DNA of 64,000 nt from Anthoceros angustus (taxonomy: Eukaryota > Plantae > Anthocerotophyta): assembly GCA_010909165.1 (NCBI GenBank), contig MU008166.1, forward strand, positions 558,001-622,000, read 5' to 3'. The notes beneath the pieces are model-generated. The model saw only the letters and a program-made list of their open reading frames with translations. It did no database searches and was not told the DNA's origin. Shown here one piece after another: positions 11,801-21,907 of this stretch. The position numbers and the translations under genes are program-made. The first letter of the stretch is position 1. Every line of letters starts with the position of its first letter.

Positions 11801-12205
11801 GCTGGTGCTTGCAAAAAGCCTGCGAGGGCCTGGATTGAGGTCAACAGCCAGGTGCAGACGTTCACTGTGGGAGAAGAGAGGGATGATGTTTCATCCAAAT
11901 TAAGGAGTGTCAATATGCTGCTGGAGGACAGCCGAGGACAACCAGGGATGGTGCTGAAGCCTGTAGCCAGCGACAAGGAAGATGCCTTGTGTGGGCATGC
12001 TGAGAAGCTAGCATTGGCATATGGCCTGCTGAACACTAGCGATGGCACACCCTTACTAGTCACCAAGAATCTTCGTATGTGCAGTGACTGTCACAGTGGC
12101 ACCAAGATCATGTCGAAGATTGAGAAACGAGAGATCGTAGTCAGAGATGCACACCGTGTTCACCGTTTTGTGAACGGTGGTTGTTCATGTGGGGATGTGC
12201 ATTGA
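8810..12205 (+). CDS. PLS-class PPR-DYW protein of the DYW:KP clade (candidate U-to-C RNA editing factor)
   Basis: Intact 1131-aa ORF with a long PLS array, E1/E2, KKPARAWIEV in place of the PG box (~11813-11842), HAEKLA (11996), CSDC (12080) and C-terminus CSCGDVH. The 5' end/start codon is uncertain. Confidence 0.93.
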   Translation: MELTVDGPGHLLLRFGNEQKDYQFTDSLHRATQDLPRFQLREDPDNSRFATPVVACLIVWHFVAAQLIVSSSRCSAFLYLQTGRFCRVAALEVGIWNKLCEEGLLTEALEALDLLVHRGSYVPTYSLYRALRRCVAEKDAVAGIEFHGLTVESGYESSTFLASHIIRMYISHGRLQEATHFLNTRAVADTSIWNCIILANAERGNSTQVVALYRRMQQLSLKPSTYIHVAVLRACACVGDLVFGEEVHADIVRSKVELNVFVGSSLIDMYAKCGSLEDARKVFDSLPGRDVVTWNAMIAGYAQHGLCHQALALYASMEQEGIIPADRITFVCLLKACGSTGALQEGKELHLQIKGRGLESDAIIGNSLVDMYAKCGNLGDARKVFDRLSTKDVVTWNTMLSGYANQELGKEALTLYESMQLDGFVRADRITFLCILKACASTGALSIGELVHRQIEERGLETDVVVGSSLIDMYAKCGSLRNARRLFDNLPTRNVVTWNAMLTGYVQHMLFGDVFSLYADMQKEGRTPADHVTFVCLLKACANTGALQQGKHFHFEIQESGIESNVILGNSLVEMYAKCGSLKDARRVFDNLQTKDVVSWTTMITGYAQHGLGMEALTLYASMQQEALSPVDCATFACLLKACGALSALREGQELHRQIQEAGLETDVHIQKCLLDMYIKCSSQEDARSILDKLQAEDSVTATSMITGYAKQGSLVDARSVFDRLQAKDLVAWTAMIAAYAQHGLGQEALALYANMKLEGITSADPVMYACLLKACASVGALQQGVQLHSEIKDRGLEANVAIGSSLVDMYFKCGRMEDARQLFDRLPSKDVVTWNALLNGYAQGNEGKMAVKCFQEMERNGVVPDDTTFLCLLVACSHQGLVEEGQQYFQTMAEKHGIKPSEYHRNIIVDLLGRSGYLEKAENMLQNMPFESDAVGWRALLSACKSHGDLARGKRCFDHLVRLQPQDAAPYVLFADICANAGRWGDVKRIEHLRRSAGACKKPARAWIEVNSQVQTFTVGEERDDVSSKLRSVNMLLEDSRGQPGMVLKPVASDKEDALCGHAEKLALAYGLLNTSDGTPLLVTKNLRMCSDCHSGTKIMSKIEKREIVVRDAHRVHRFVNGGCSCGDVH

Positions 12206-13120
12206 CAAGCAGCTTAGCTGCATATTTCCGGTCGAATCCACCGTGAATTTGTGGATAAGCGTTACAAATCACAGACCTCGCTGCGTAACTGCCAGTGCAC
12301 GCCGGGAACGGGGTGACGGGTTTCCGGCATCAGGAACGTCACGGCCGTTTTCTTGGAATGGGCTAACGTGGCACAAGTTCACGTCCATGCAGTCAAGTCC
12401 GCACCGTTCCGCACAAGGGCCTAGTTCTCCATTGTCCGGCCGCGCACAGGTAGTGTTCGCATTGGATTATTCACCAAAATACCAATTGCGTCGTCGGGGT
12501 TGCTCGAGTTTTTGGCTATTGATGAACTTAGGGTTTTCTTGCTGTTAGGGCTCTTGTCAATATATTCTCATAATATTTTTAATTCACTGTCCTAGCATAT
12601 ATTATGATGATATTTTTACAATTAATATGATGAATTATTTCATAATATTAGTTCTTTCATAGTATTGGTTATGGCTGCATATGAATAAACAGGCCGGTCG
12701 GCAACAGCCGCATATGGAACTTCCATCTACGGACTGTTGCCAATGGACCTAATAATAGGGTGGTCTGATATTAGGACGACGGCCGGAGGAGGCTTACAAC
12801 TCCTTGTACTTCAGAACAAATATCTTGGCGCTTCTACCTATGATAGGTATGTTTTGCGTGGCCTTAGCCTTGTGGGGCTTACATTCATGATGTCACACAT
12901 CTTACAAACATGTGCCTACTGCCCAAAAGCCGCAAGGCCCACAAGCCCCTCTCCGAGGTTCTCGCTTTTGCCAGGCCCTCATGTCATAATTTGCATAATT
13001 GGCATCTACGATAAGTAGGCCCCTCCCACATGCTACCTGATCATTCGTTCGCCTCTGATTGATTTGATTTCAATTGAGGTTTTGCCTAATTTGCTCTTCA
13101 GTTGATGTATTTATTAAAAA

Positions 13121-13531
13121 ATATTCAAGATCGTTTGGATAGTGATGAGTCTCATTTGGATGACCTAAAATCTGCCTCATATGTTCACAAAACCCTATCT
13201 CAAACAACCCGTTGGCTTCATAAAAAACGATATACTCCATACACTTCTCAGTAATAAATAATATTCAAGATCGTTTGGATAGTGATGAGTCTCATTTGGA
13301 TGACCTAAAATCTGCCTTATATGTTCACAAAACCCTATCTCAAACAACCCGTTGGCTTCATAAAAAACGATATACTCCATACACTTCTCAGTAATAAATA
13401 ATATTCAAGATCGTTTGGATAGTGATGAGTCTCATTTGGATGACCTAAAATCTGCCTTATATGTTCACAAAACCCTATCTCAAACAACCCGTTGGCTTCA
13501 TAAAAAACGATATACTCCGTACACTTCTCAG
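13121..13531. repeat. Tandem repeat, 140-bp unit, ~2.9 near-identical copies
   Basis: ATATTCAAGATCGTTTGGATAGTGATGAG... starts at 13121, 13261 and 13401. Confidence 0.95.
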
Positions 13532-13762
13532 ACTCATGCTCTGCACTTCGGATAAATGATGTGTAAGCCGTCACTGGTCGTTGAAGAAACTGAGCCTTGT
13601 CGCACGAGGTAAGCACTTGAATTCATATAAGCACTTCCTCGACCAACAACCAAGCAAGCAAATCTAATATGCATCTACATATATAGGTGCAACCAATCCC
13701 CCTGATAATGTGAGACTCTAAGTCAAAACATTATTATTAGTAGGACTACACACATACGCACC

Positions 13763-13816
13763 TCATGTAGCGCATTGTGCACAAAACCAATCTCCTTCGG
13801 GAATGTCGTCCAGAGG
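13763..13816 (-). other. C-terminal half of a PHD finger ending the retroelement polyprotein
   Basis: Reads PLDDIPEGDWFCAQCAT*, matching the PHD consensus P-L-x-x-(I/V)-P-x-G-x-W-x-C-x-x-C. Confidence 0.7.
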
Positions 13817-13858
13817 TTATGAACCTTGCCCATGAGTGGAGGGTTGTCTTCAACATCC

Positions 13859-14100
13859 TCATGCGCCTGTCATGTGGACCACTCTCCCCCCCAGCCGGTT
13901 GCTCACCATTTTCTTGCTCATCGAGCTTGTGCCTCGCAACACTTGTTCATCCTTGATTAGTTCTATGTGGAACTTTCCTTTGGTGTACTTCCCCATCTCC
14001 GCAAGTGTGAAAGCAAACACATGTCGCGATGCCTCCAACAACTCCTTTAGCCGACGCCTGATTGCTCTTCAACTCGACGCTGTTAACCACTCATGTGGCC
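13859..14100 (-). pseudogene. N-terminal remnant of gypsy reverse transcriptase
   Basis: LLEASRHVFAFTLAEMGKYTKGKFHIELIKDEQV resembles the pre-RT 'F..++..+G.Y...F.IEL....P+' segment of gypsy pol. The RT core, RNase H and integrase are missing. Confidence 0.5.
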
Positions 14101-14244
14101 GTGGCTCGATGGCTTGCACGCCTCTACGTGCTCGCTCCTTGCCTCCAAACTCGCCTTCTCCGCTGAGATGCGAGTGCCGGAATGTCCTTCACCCACCGAA
14201 CCCGCTCAACCCCGCCTTCTTCTCGTTTCGGTTGGTACCCGCTA

Positions 14245-15140
14245 AACAACTGTCATCATGTTCACGTCAAATGCTTGCCCAAGCAATCGACACCGCTCCT
14301 TCTGGCCACTCCCTGTCTCGTGGCTATCAAATCCCATGGCCAACTCCTCTGTGGGTTGGCTCTCCCAAGGCCTCGCCATGTCTGGCCCACCACAACGCCG
14401 GGCCATGGTTCCAAGGCGTAAGACTTGGACTTAGACACAAAGGTTGGCCAAGCCGCCATGGGGTGTCCAGCGTGTTCACAGGAAGTGCGGCAATGTCGAT
14501 GACTTGTTGGGCATGCCTTCCCGATGCTAGCACATCCTTGACAACATGATTAGGTCGCTTGGTGAACGACCTCAAGACACTTCAAATGTTCCAAGGAGCA
14601 AGGTTAGTCCACATGGACCTCAACCTATGAGCCCTCGAACCAAATTGAGTCGCATCCAATAGAAGCTCCGACCCAACACTCCTGGATCGTGGCAAAGTCC
14701 TCCCGAACTTGCTTCTTCACGCCATGCATGCCGGCACATTCTCCAACATGTATCCACAAGGCCTTTCTTGCCCTTTCTCGATCAAGCGCAAGATCCTCAT
14801 CGTCATAGAACAATGCTGTTCGTGGATCCTTCACCTTGACCCTTGCCTCGCAGAGGATAGTCCTTGACACTCCCAACCCCGCGATGACAAGGTCCACCGG
14901 CTGCCCAAGACAACTCAAATGGGACAACCCTATCATGCGAACATCCATCGCGCCTGGTAACCCTTCACCGACTCCCACGCCGAGGTTAGGTACTCCCCAT
15001 CAAGTCTCTTACGCGCTCGCGGACACAATCCTTGCTTTTGGATCCGGGTCACAATGCACGATCTTCGCACTTTGATGCCACACTTTAGCACCGCCCAAGC
15101 CGGATCGATGCCTCCAAAGAGTTCCACGAGCACTATGCCG
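14245..15140 (-). pseudogene. DNA cytosine-5 methyltransferase catalytic domain (DNMT3-like), retrotransposon-borne, frameshifted
   Basis: Motifs in canonical order across frames: I LVELFGGI (15107-15124), IV VDLVIAG-WECQGLS with catalytic Cys (14861-14878), DPRTALFYD, VI GYMLENVP (14735-14743), VIII LLDATQFGSRAHRLRSMWTNLAP (14603-14632), IX EPT..EELAMGF, X ERCRLLGQAFDVNMM (14266-14283). Confidence 0.88.
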
Positions 15141-15512
15141 CCTTCCCGAGGTCGCCATGTGATGACCGGTGTTTAGGTCACAAACAGCTCAACCCTAGGC
15201 AAGAACTTACTAGCCCGCTCATAGGACACCGGGTCCTCTTGCACCATCCTCCACGCCTTTTGCACGGCTCATTGCATAGCCACCACCCGTCCGAGTGACT
15301 TGAAGAACCTCCTCCGAGGGTGGTTGCAACCCTAGCTTGTCTTCCTCCTCCTCGCCGAAATCCTCCATCGCCGGGCCATGTTGTTAGACACACGCCAAGA
15401 GGTTCAAGCACGATGGCGTGTCCTTCACCACGGCGCCAAACACCGGGTAGACGTTGTTGGCAATGAGGTTCTCATGATTCTTGCCATGCACCGCAGAGGA
15501 TGCGGGCACAAT

Positions 15513-15540
15513 AAGGTCTCTAAGAAGTAGAGACGGCTCC
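15513..15540 (+). repeat. Left terminal inverted repeat of the DNA transposon
   Basis: Inverted match to 29290..29314. Confidence 0.75.
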
Positions 15541-15949
15541 TCGTCTCTAATTTTGAGGGTGTGAAAACAGGGGTTTGTTTTCGGAAAACCGTATTAGGCT
15601 CTTTTTACAATTTTACTTAAAAATGATGTATGAGGAATGAAGAGTTTTCAAATGAAACCGTGCATCTCAAGGTTTGTTTACTAATTTTTCCTTTTTTCCC
15701 TCTATACTATATGACCTACCCTTAAAAACACGCAAGATTTGAAGATAAATACCCGATGTGGGGTCTGTTTGCACATTTTCACACCAGCCAAGATTTCAAT
15801 AAGCGTTCACATAAGCGCTCACATAATAAATAGGAAAGTGTTTAAGCCGCTCACATCGTAAATAGGAAAGTGGTGGAACGATTCAACAAATGAAACGACT
15901 GACCGGACATCCGGCGCAGCGCACCGCTCAGCAGGAGTCAAAAGGGTTT

Positions 15950-16600
15950 TGATTTAAATATCCGGACACACGGTGCAAGCGCGCCGCATGCGCATGATGC
16001 CTCGGTGCTTGAGCGAATCGTGCCTTTCCACGCCGGACATGGCGCCGTCGCCATTGGCCGTTGAATAGCACGAATGTGTTCACCCCATCGCCTCCGCGCC
16101 ATCCAAAGTGCTTCGCGTCTGCGCACAACCGGGTCTTGTTCGATGGGGATGCAAAGCCATTCCGCTACAATTGCACCATGCTCCACAACGCGGAGATTTG
16201 GAATGGCCGCGCCTCAAGGATTTGGTTCACCATCATGTCGTGCACGACAATGTGCCGCGTATATGGGTAAACAAGGAATGAGTAAAAGGATCGCTGCGGT
16301 GGTCATCCACCCGCTTCGATTTACCAATCACCGCTTCGATTGTCAATGAGCAAATGTTTCAAAGATCCCTCCGTGAAGAGTGCCAATGCTCAAACATGAA
16401 TGCCGGAGGGCTAGCAAGGGCCACGTTGACAGCAGGATAGCACCGACAACAAAGACCGGCCATCCGGTCGAGGTTGGTGCCGACATGTATGCCTCACTAC
16501 AAGTCAAAGCACAACCGTTCTTCACGAGTCCAACAAGTAAAACGCAACTATGCTTGTCAATCGGGTCCTCCACGCACATCCCCACCAAACGATTCGGATG
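15950..16600 (-). pseudogene. Possible Ulp1/C48 peptidase-like C-terminal domain of the accessory gene (second copy ~17990-18600)
   Basis: VFVVGAILLSTWPLLALRHSCLSIGTLH resembles the 'F+P+....HW.L+++' strand region. The downstream WLCIPIEQD...GEHIRAI segment resembles the Q/C region. The catalytic His and Cys are not clearly intact. Confidence 0.35.
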
Positions 16601-16939
16601 CTAGATATTGTTTTCGCTGTCCACCCATGCGCCGGGAGTCCATCAGTGGATCATACTTCGCCAACGACTCAATGGGAGCCCGCTTTCCCCATCATCGTGC
16701 CCAAATGCGAGTGCCGCACCTGTGTCATCGTCGCACGCCCATGACGCCTCTCGCAGCTTTTCTCACCATCCGCCAATGCACCGCACACATCTCCCACAAC
16801 ACCAAACATCGGCTCTATCACATCTCCGGATGTGGCTCTCTTGCCGAATGCACGCCGCGTGAGCCAAAATCGCGCCACCGCTGAGAGTTCACCATCGGCT
16901 CTTTGCTAAACGCCTTGGGTCCCGTAGCCTTCGATCTCT

Positions 16940-17600
16940 CCCACCTCCTCCTCCTCGCTCGGCCAAAGGCCCAAATTATTCACGAGATCCATGAACCGAA
17001 TCGCCTGGGATCCACGTCTATTGAAATGACATCGCGCCTGCACTTGATAGCCGCAACCATTCGACCCGAGCTCGCACACCCGCCTAAGACCCACTCGCCT
17101 TCCATATCAGTATAGCTCAATGAGCTTCTTCAACAATCGATGGGCTTTTGATATGGGCATACCACCTTATCATCTCGTTATAACACGCTTATGTTCCATC
17201 GCTTTCTCAAAAGCAAGATGTCAACCCTTTCCATCTTTCATACCGCAGAAGACCGAGAGAAATGTTGCGGGACAATCCCGCTTGAGGGCGCCTGCGTGAT
17301 GTAATCACCGCATCATACAACTTGTCCGCTCAGCTTCACATTGGTTTTGTGCACGAATCGACACCTCCTTTACATGTTGCAAGCAATACATCCCGGACCA
17401 TTGACATATCATCCGCGAATGAAATACCACGATTCTAAATACCTCGACGTTGTGATGCCTCGAACCGCATGATGACGTTTTCAAACTCAAGGCGATCAAA
17501 CCGGTCATACTCTCTCGAGTTAGCATCCGGACCCAACCCTCTTGGCAAGTCCGTATAAACATAGCATACGGTCGGGTTCCACAACCGGCCATCCTCACGA
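16940..17600 (-). pseudogene. Beta-class N6-adenine/N4-cytosine DNA methyltransferase domain, copy A (more degraded)
   Basis: YTDLPRG (17537-17551), PYQKP (17142-17150), then GEWVLGGCASSGRMVAAIK. Duplicate of 18990..19660. Confidence 0.7.
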
Positions 17601-18989
17601 TGTTCCCACATATTATGCCTACCTTGGATCTCCGTCATCTCTCGAATGTCTTTAACTTGTCGGGACTTGCGGTCTCCAACAACCGCCGTTGCTCATCCTC
17701 CATTATTTTCCATGCTTTGGCCTTCATAACGTGTTCCTTGAAATTGTCCGGGAGTGCACTCCACTCAAGACAAGCATTCGCCAGCACAAAGGGCAAAGCA
17801 CCACCGTTAGACAAGAACATCGCGGCAAGTGAAGCAAGCCCAAAGCCACCAAGCGCTCACATAATAAATAGGAAAGTGTTTAAGCGTTCACATCGTAAAT
17901 AGGAAAGTGGTGGGAGCGATTCAACAAATGAAACGACTCGACCCGGACATCCGTGCGGCCGCATCGGGAGTCAAAAGGGTTTTGATTTAAATATCCGGAC
18001 ACACGGTGCAAGCGCCCACGCGGTATGATGCCTCGGTGCTTGAGCGAATCGTGCCGTGGGACATGGCGATCGTCTCATCATTGGCCGTTGAATAGCACGA
18101 ATGTATTCACCCATCGCCTCCGCGCCATCCAAAGTGTCACCGCGCTGGCGGTCTTGTTCGGATGGGGTTTGGATGCAAAGCCATTCCTTACAACCATGCT
18201 CCTGGAGATTTGGAATGGCAGCGGCCTCAAGGATTTGGTTCACCATCATGTGTCGTGCACGACAATGTGCTGTCGCGTATATGGGTAAACAAGGAATGAG
18301 TAAAAGGACTGCGCTGCAGTGTGGTCATCCACCCGTTTCGATTTACCAATCAGCCGTTTCAGATTGTCAATGAGCAAATGTTTCAGCATCCCTCTGTGAA
18401 GAGTGCCAATGCTCAAACATGAATGCTGGAGGGCTAGCAACGAAGGGCCACGTTCAGGCAACGGGATAGCACCGGACAGCCGGTGCAGCACCGGCTATCC
18501 GGTGTCGAGGTTGGTGTGCCAGACATGTATGCCTCACTACAAGTCAAAGCACAAATCTGTTGTTCACGAGTCCAACAAGTAAAACGCAACTATGCTTGTC
18601 AATCGGGTCCTCCACGCACATCCCCACCAAACGATTCAGATGCTAGAAATTGTTTCGCTGTCCACCCATGCGTTGGCAGGGGAGTCCACTGGTGGATCAT
18701 ACTTCTCGATCGACTCAATGGGGCTGCTCTTCCCCATCATCGTGCCCAAATGCGAGTGCCGCACCTGTGTCATCGTCGCACGCCTCGCCCATGACGCTCT
18801 CTGCGGTTTCTCACCATCGCCAATGCACACATCTCCCACAACACCAAACATCAGGGGCTCTATCACATCTCCAGATGTGGCTCTCTTGCCGAATGCACGC
18901 TGCTTCAGAGCCACAAAGCGCCTCGCCACCACACCCGGGTGAGTTCACCATCGGCTCTATGCTAAACGTCTTGGGTCCTGCATAGCCTT

Positions 18990-19660
18990 CGATCTCTCCC
19001 ACCTCCTCCTCCTCGTTCGGCCAGGCGTCCAAATTATTCAGTCGTAGATCCATGAACTGAACTGCTCTGGGATCCACGTCTATTGAAATGACACTGCGCC
19101 CAGACTTGATAGCTGCAACCATTCTTGACCCAGAGCCTGCACACCCGTCTAAGACCCACTCGCCTTCCATACTGTATAGCTCAATGAGCTTCTTCAACAA
19201 TCTGATGGGCTTTTGATATGGGCATACCACCCTATCATCTGCTGTGTTATAACACAGCTTATGTTCCTTGCCTTCTCGAAAAGCAAGATGTCAACCCTTT
19301 CCATCTTTCATAGCAGTGCAGGACCGAGAGAAATGTTGCGGTGACAATCACCTTGAGGGCGCCGCCCGTGGTGATGTAATCACCGCATCATACAACTTTG
19401 TTCGAGCTTTCACATTGGTTTTGTGCGGAAGCATGACACCTCCTTTACATGTTGCAAGCAATACATCCCGGACCATTGACATATCATCATGAAATACCAC
19501 GATTCTAAATACCTCGACGTTGTGATGCCTCGAACGCATGATGGCGTTTTCAAACTCAAGCGGCGACGCGTGTCATACTCTCGAGTTAGCATCCGGACCC
19601 AACCCTCTTGGCAAGTCCGGAAGCAACATAGCATACGGTCGGGTTCCACTGGGGCCATCC
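18990..19660 (-). pseudogene. Beta-class N6-adenine/N4-cytosine DNA methyltransferase domain, copy B
   Basis: Catalytic-loop-like YAMLLPDLPRG (19603-19617), then RIVVFH, then CPYQKPIRLLKKLIELYSMEGEWVLDGCAGSGSRMVAAIKSGRSVISIDVDP (QKP 19207-19215, SAM-binding motif 19129-19149). This matches the N6_N4_Mtase pattern QKP..Ll..li...s..Gd.VLDpF.GSGtt..aa...gR..igie. Confidence 0.82.
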
Positions 19661-20499
19661 TCACGATGTTCCCACATATTATGCCTACCTTCTTTGGATC
19701 TCCGATGTCATCTCGAATGTCTTTAACTTGTCGGGACTTGCGGTCTCCAACAAGCCGCCGTTGCTCATCCTCCATTATTTTCCATGCTTTGGCCTTCATA
19801 ACGTGTTCCTTGAAATTAAGTGCACTCCACTCAAGACAAGCATTCGGCACAAAGGGCAAAGCACCAGTGTAGACAAGAACATCGGCAAGTGAAGCAAGCC
19901 CAAAGCCACCAAGCGTTCATACACATGAAATGATCTCAAATGCACCGGCCGTGTGGAATGTCTGCAAGCCACCGCCATCGACCATAGTTTTGAACGCCGG
20001 AAGTTGCCGATCCCACAAGACTGTATTGAGGGTAGCGCCCCTAACTCGCTCAAAGGTCTCACAGCCTGTTCTTTGCAAGTGACGTGGATGAGGTTCAATT
20101 TTTGGCTTTCTCCAGCCCACCCTTGCATTTGCCTCAAACTCATTTCTCCGCATGAACCTTCATACATGCCTTGTTTAAGGTTGTTGTTGCCCGCAGCAGT
20201 AATGTTCGATACCCGGAAACACTTCCACACTCTCACCGCACATCCGCTTTTTAACCTCAATGACCACAAGGTCTCTCACGTAGGTGTGTTCCGTGTCCTC
20301 CTCGTGGCCTTTGTCTGCTCGCTAAGGGCCGCATCCACTGCTCCAGAATCGCTTACATTCCCACTTCTCAAATATCTCGTCCACATACCTGCATTCTTCA
20401 TCAACTTTTGCCACACAAGAGTCCAGTGCTGTCCACAAGCCCGTGATACTGCATCCTTGGGGCCATGCTTTGTTGCATCCCACTTTGGGATCCCGCCAG

Positions 20500-20980
20500 C
20501 GCATACACATCCAACCCCTTGCACTTCAAACCTTTCGATCTCCTAGATAGCAACTCACTTCTAATGTAACGACTCGGTCCATGAAAGTAAATGTCTTTCT
20601 TGCATCCGCGATCGTGTTGTGGTCCGTAGCTACAATCCTCATCTCCCCTCTGTGAGTCCAGCTAGGACATATGCATCCATCCACTTGTACTCTTCCTTCA
20701 AGTGCTGAGACAGACGGACCTTGCTCGAAAGAATGATTACCCCAAGACGAAAAACTGTACACACCTTGGTCCACCTTCTCAACGCCGAATTGCTTTTGTC
20801 AAGACACCGTGAAGGATCGACTATCACAACCATTGGGACACGCCCACCCAGGATGTTGTTTCATCTTTTGCATCAAAGCCTCCACCCAAGCGAGATCCAG
20901 CTTCTCACCGCCGCACAGTTCCTCCGTGGTTTGCAACACTTGATTGGCAGCTTCAAAGTAGACTCCCAAACTCGTTTGAT
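20500..20980 (-). pseudogene. ParB/Sulfiredoxin-like domain upstream of the methyltransferase
   Basis: Cross-frame reading LKLPIKCCKP...KLDLAWVEALMQKMKQHP...VPMVVIVDP...GVYSF..WGNHS (20730-20741)...YKWMDAYVLAGLTEGEMRIVATDHN (20616-20624)...TFTFMDRV. This fits the ParB-like pattern (G)GNH(R/S)...HN. Confidence 0.62.
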
Positions 20981-21907
20981 AGCAATACCGTCCCTTCTAC
21001 CTTTGCAGACCGCTCTTATTGCGAAGCGCTATCGCAGCTACCGCCTTAGCTTTCTCCACAAACCCGGCGTTCATCCTCCTCTTCTTCTTCGCTCTCTCCA
21101 CAATTGCAGGCTTCCTTGTTTCCCTTTGATTTCTTGGCTTTCCCATTGTCATGTGCACCACCCCGAACTGCTTTGCAACAAAAGCTCCTCCTCCTTCCTT
21201 CCTTCCCCGCGATGGGGACTCGCTTGTACCCTTCTACGATCCAACACAGCCCCGTTAGACCTCCGTGAGCAATCACGGATGGGGAGAGAACCTCGAGATC
21301 GCCTTTTCGCCACGCCAAGCCTTCTCTTCGTCGCAGAGCCACCTTCGTGATCCCGATCGCCTTCCGACTCCGCAAAATACCATCCGGAAATGCCTCATTG
21401 TCCTCACCGCCGCCTCACAGTTCCTCGTGGTTTGCAACACTTGATTGGCAGCTTCAAAGTAGACTCCCAAACTCGTTTGATAGCAATACCGTCCCTTCTA
21501 CGTCCGGTTTGCATCTTATTTGCGGAAGCTGTCATCGTCGAGTAGCGCGTCCTTAGCTTTCTCCACAAACAGGCAGTGGTTCATCCTCCTCTTCTTCTTC
21601 GTTCTCCTCCACAATTGCAGGCTTCCCTTGTTTCCCTTTGATTTCTTGGCTTTCCCATTCTTTGTTGTGCACCACCGCTCCGAAATCATTTGCCAAAGCT
21701 CCTCCTCTCTTCCTTCCTTGGACTTCACGATGGGGACTCTGCACCCTTCTACGATCCAACACTCCGTTAGACCTGAGCAATCACGGATGGGGAGAACCTC
21801 GAGATCGTCTTCTTGCGCCAAGTTCTCCTCTTAAATCGGCCTTCGCATCTGATCGTCTTCCGACTCTCGGCAAAATACCATCCGGAAATGCCTCATTGTC
21901 CTCACCG
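20904..21907. repeat. Tandem duplication, ~498-bp unit x2
   Basis: CTCACCG microhomology at 20904, 21403 and 21901. The internal sequence is repeated with indels. Confidence 0.85.

Larger units (their letters stand above)
15813..19915. repeat. Tandem duplication (~2.05 kb x2) inside the DNA transposon
   Basis: Units start AAGCGCTCACATAATAAATAGG at 15813 and 17851. Breakpoints share AAGCG(C/T)TCA microhomology (also at 19911). The copies differ by many small indels. Confidence 0.9.

Noticed and set aside
5083-12066. Many short ORFs antisense to or out of frame with the two PPR genes, and the 210-aa ORF at 8179..8811 (-)
   Set aside because: Shadow ORFs of repetitive PPR coding sequence with no recognisable motifs.
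13195-13616. Protein-looking ORFs (EYIVFYEANGLFEIGFCEH...) in the 140-bp repeat
   Set aside because: The period is not a multiple of 3, the ORFs are short and have non-ATG starts, and I recognise no domain.
16940-19660. Bacterial contamination as the source of the amino-methyltransferase
   Set aside because: It lies between TIRs shared with a eukaryotic transposase, inside a plant gypsy element, with no operon-like neighbours. A chimeric join cannot be fully excluded without reads.
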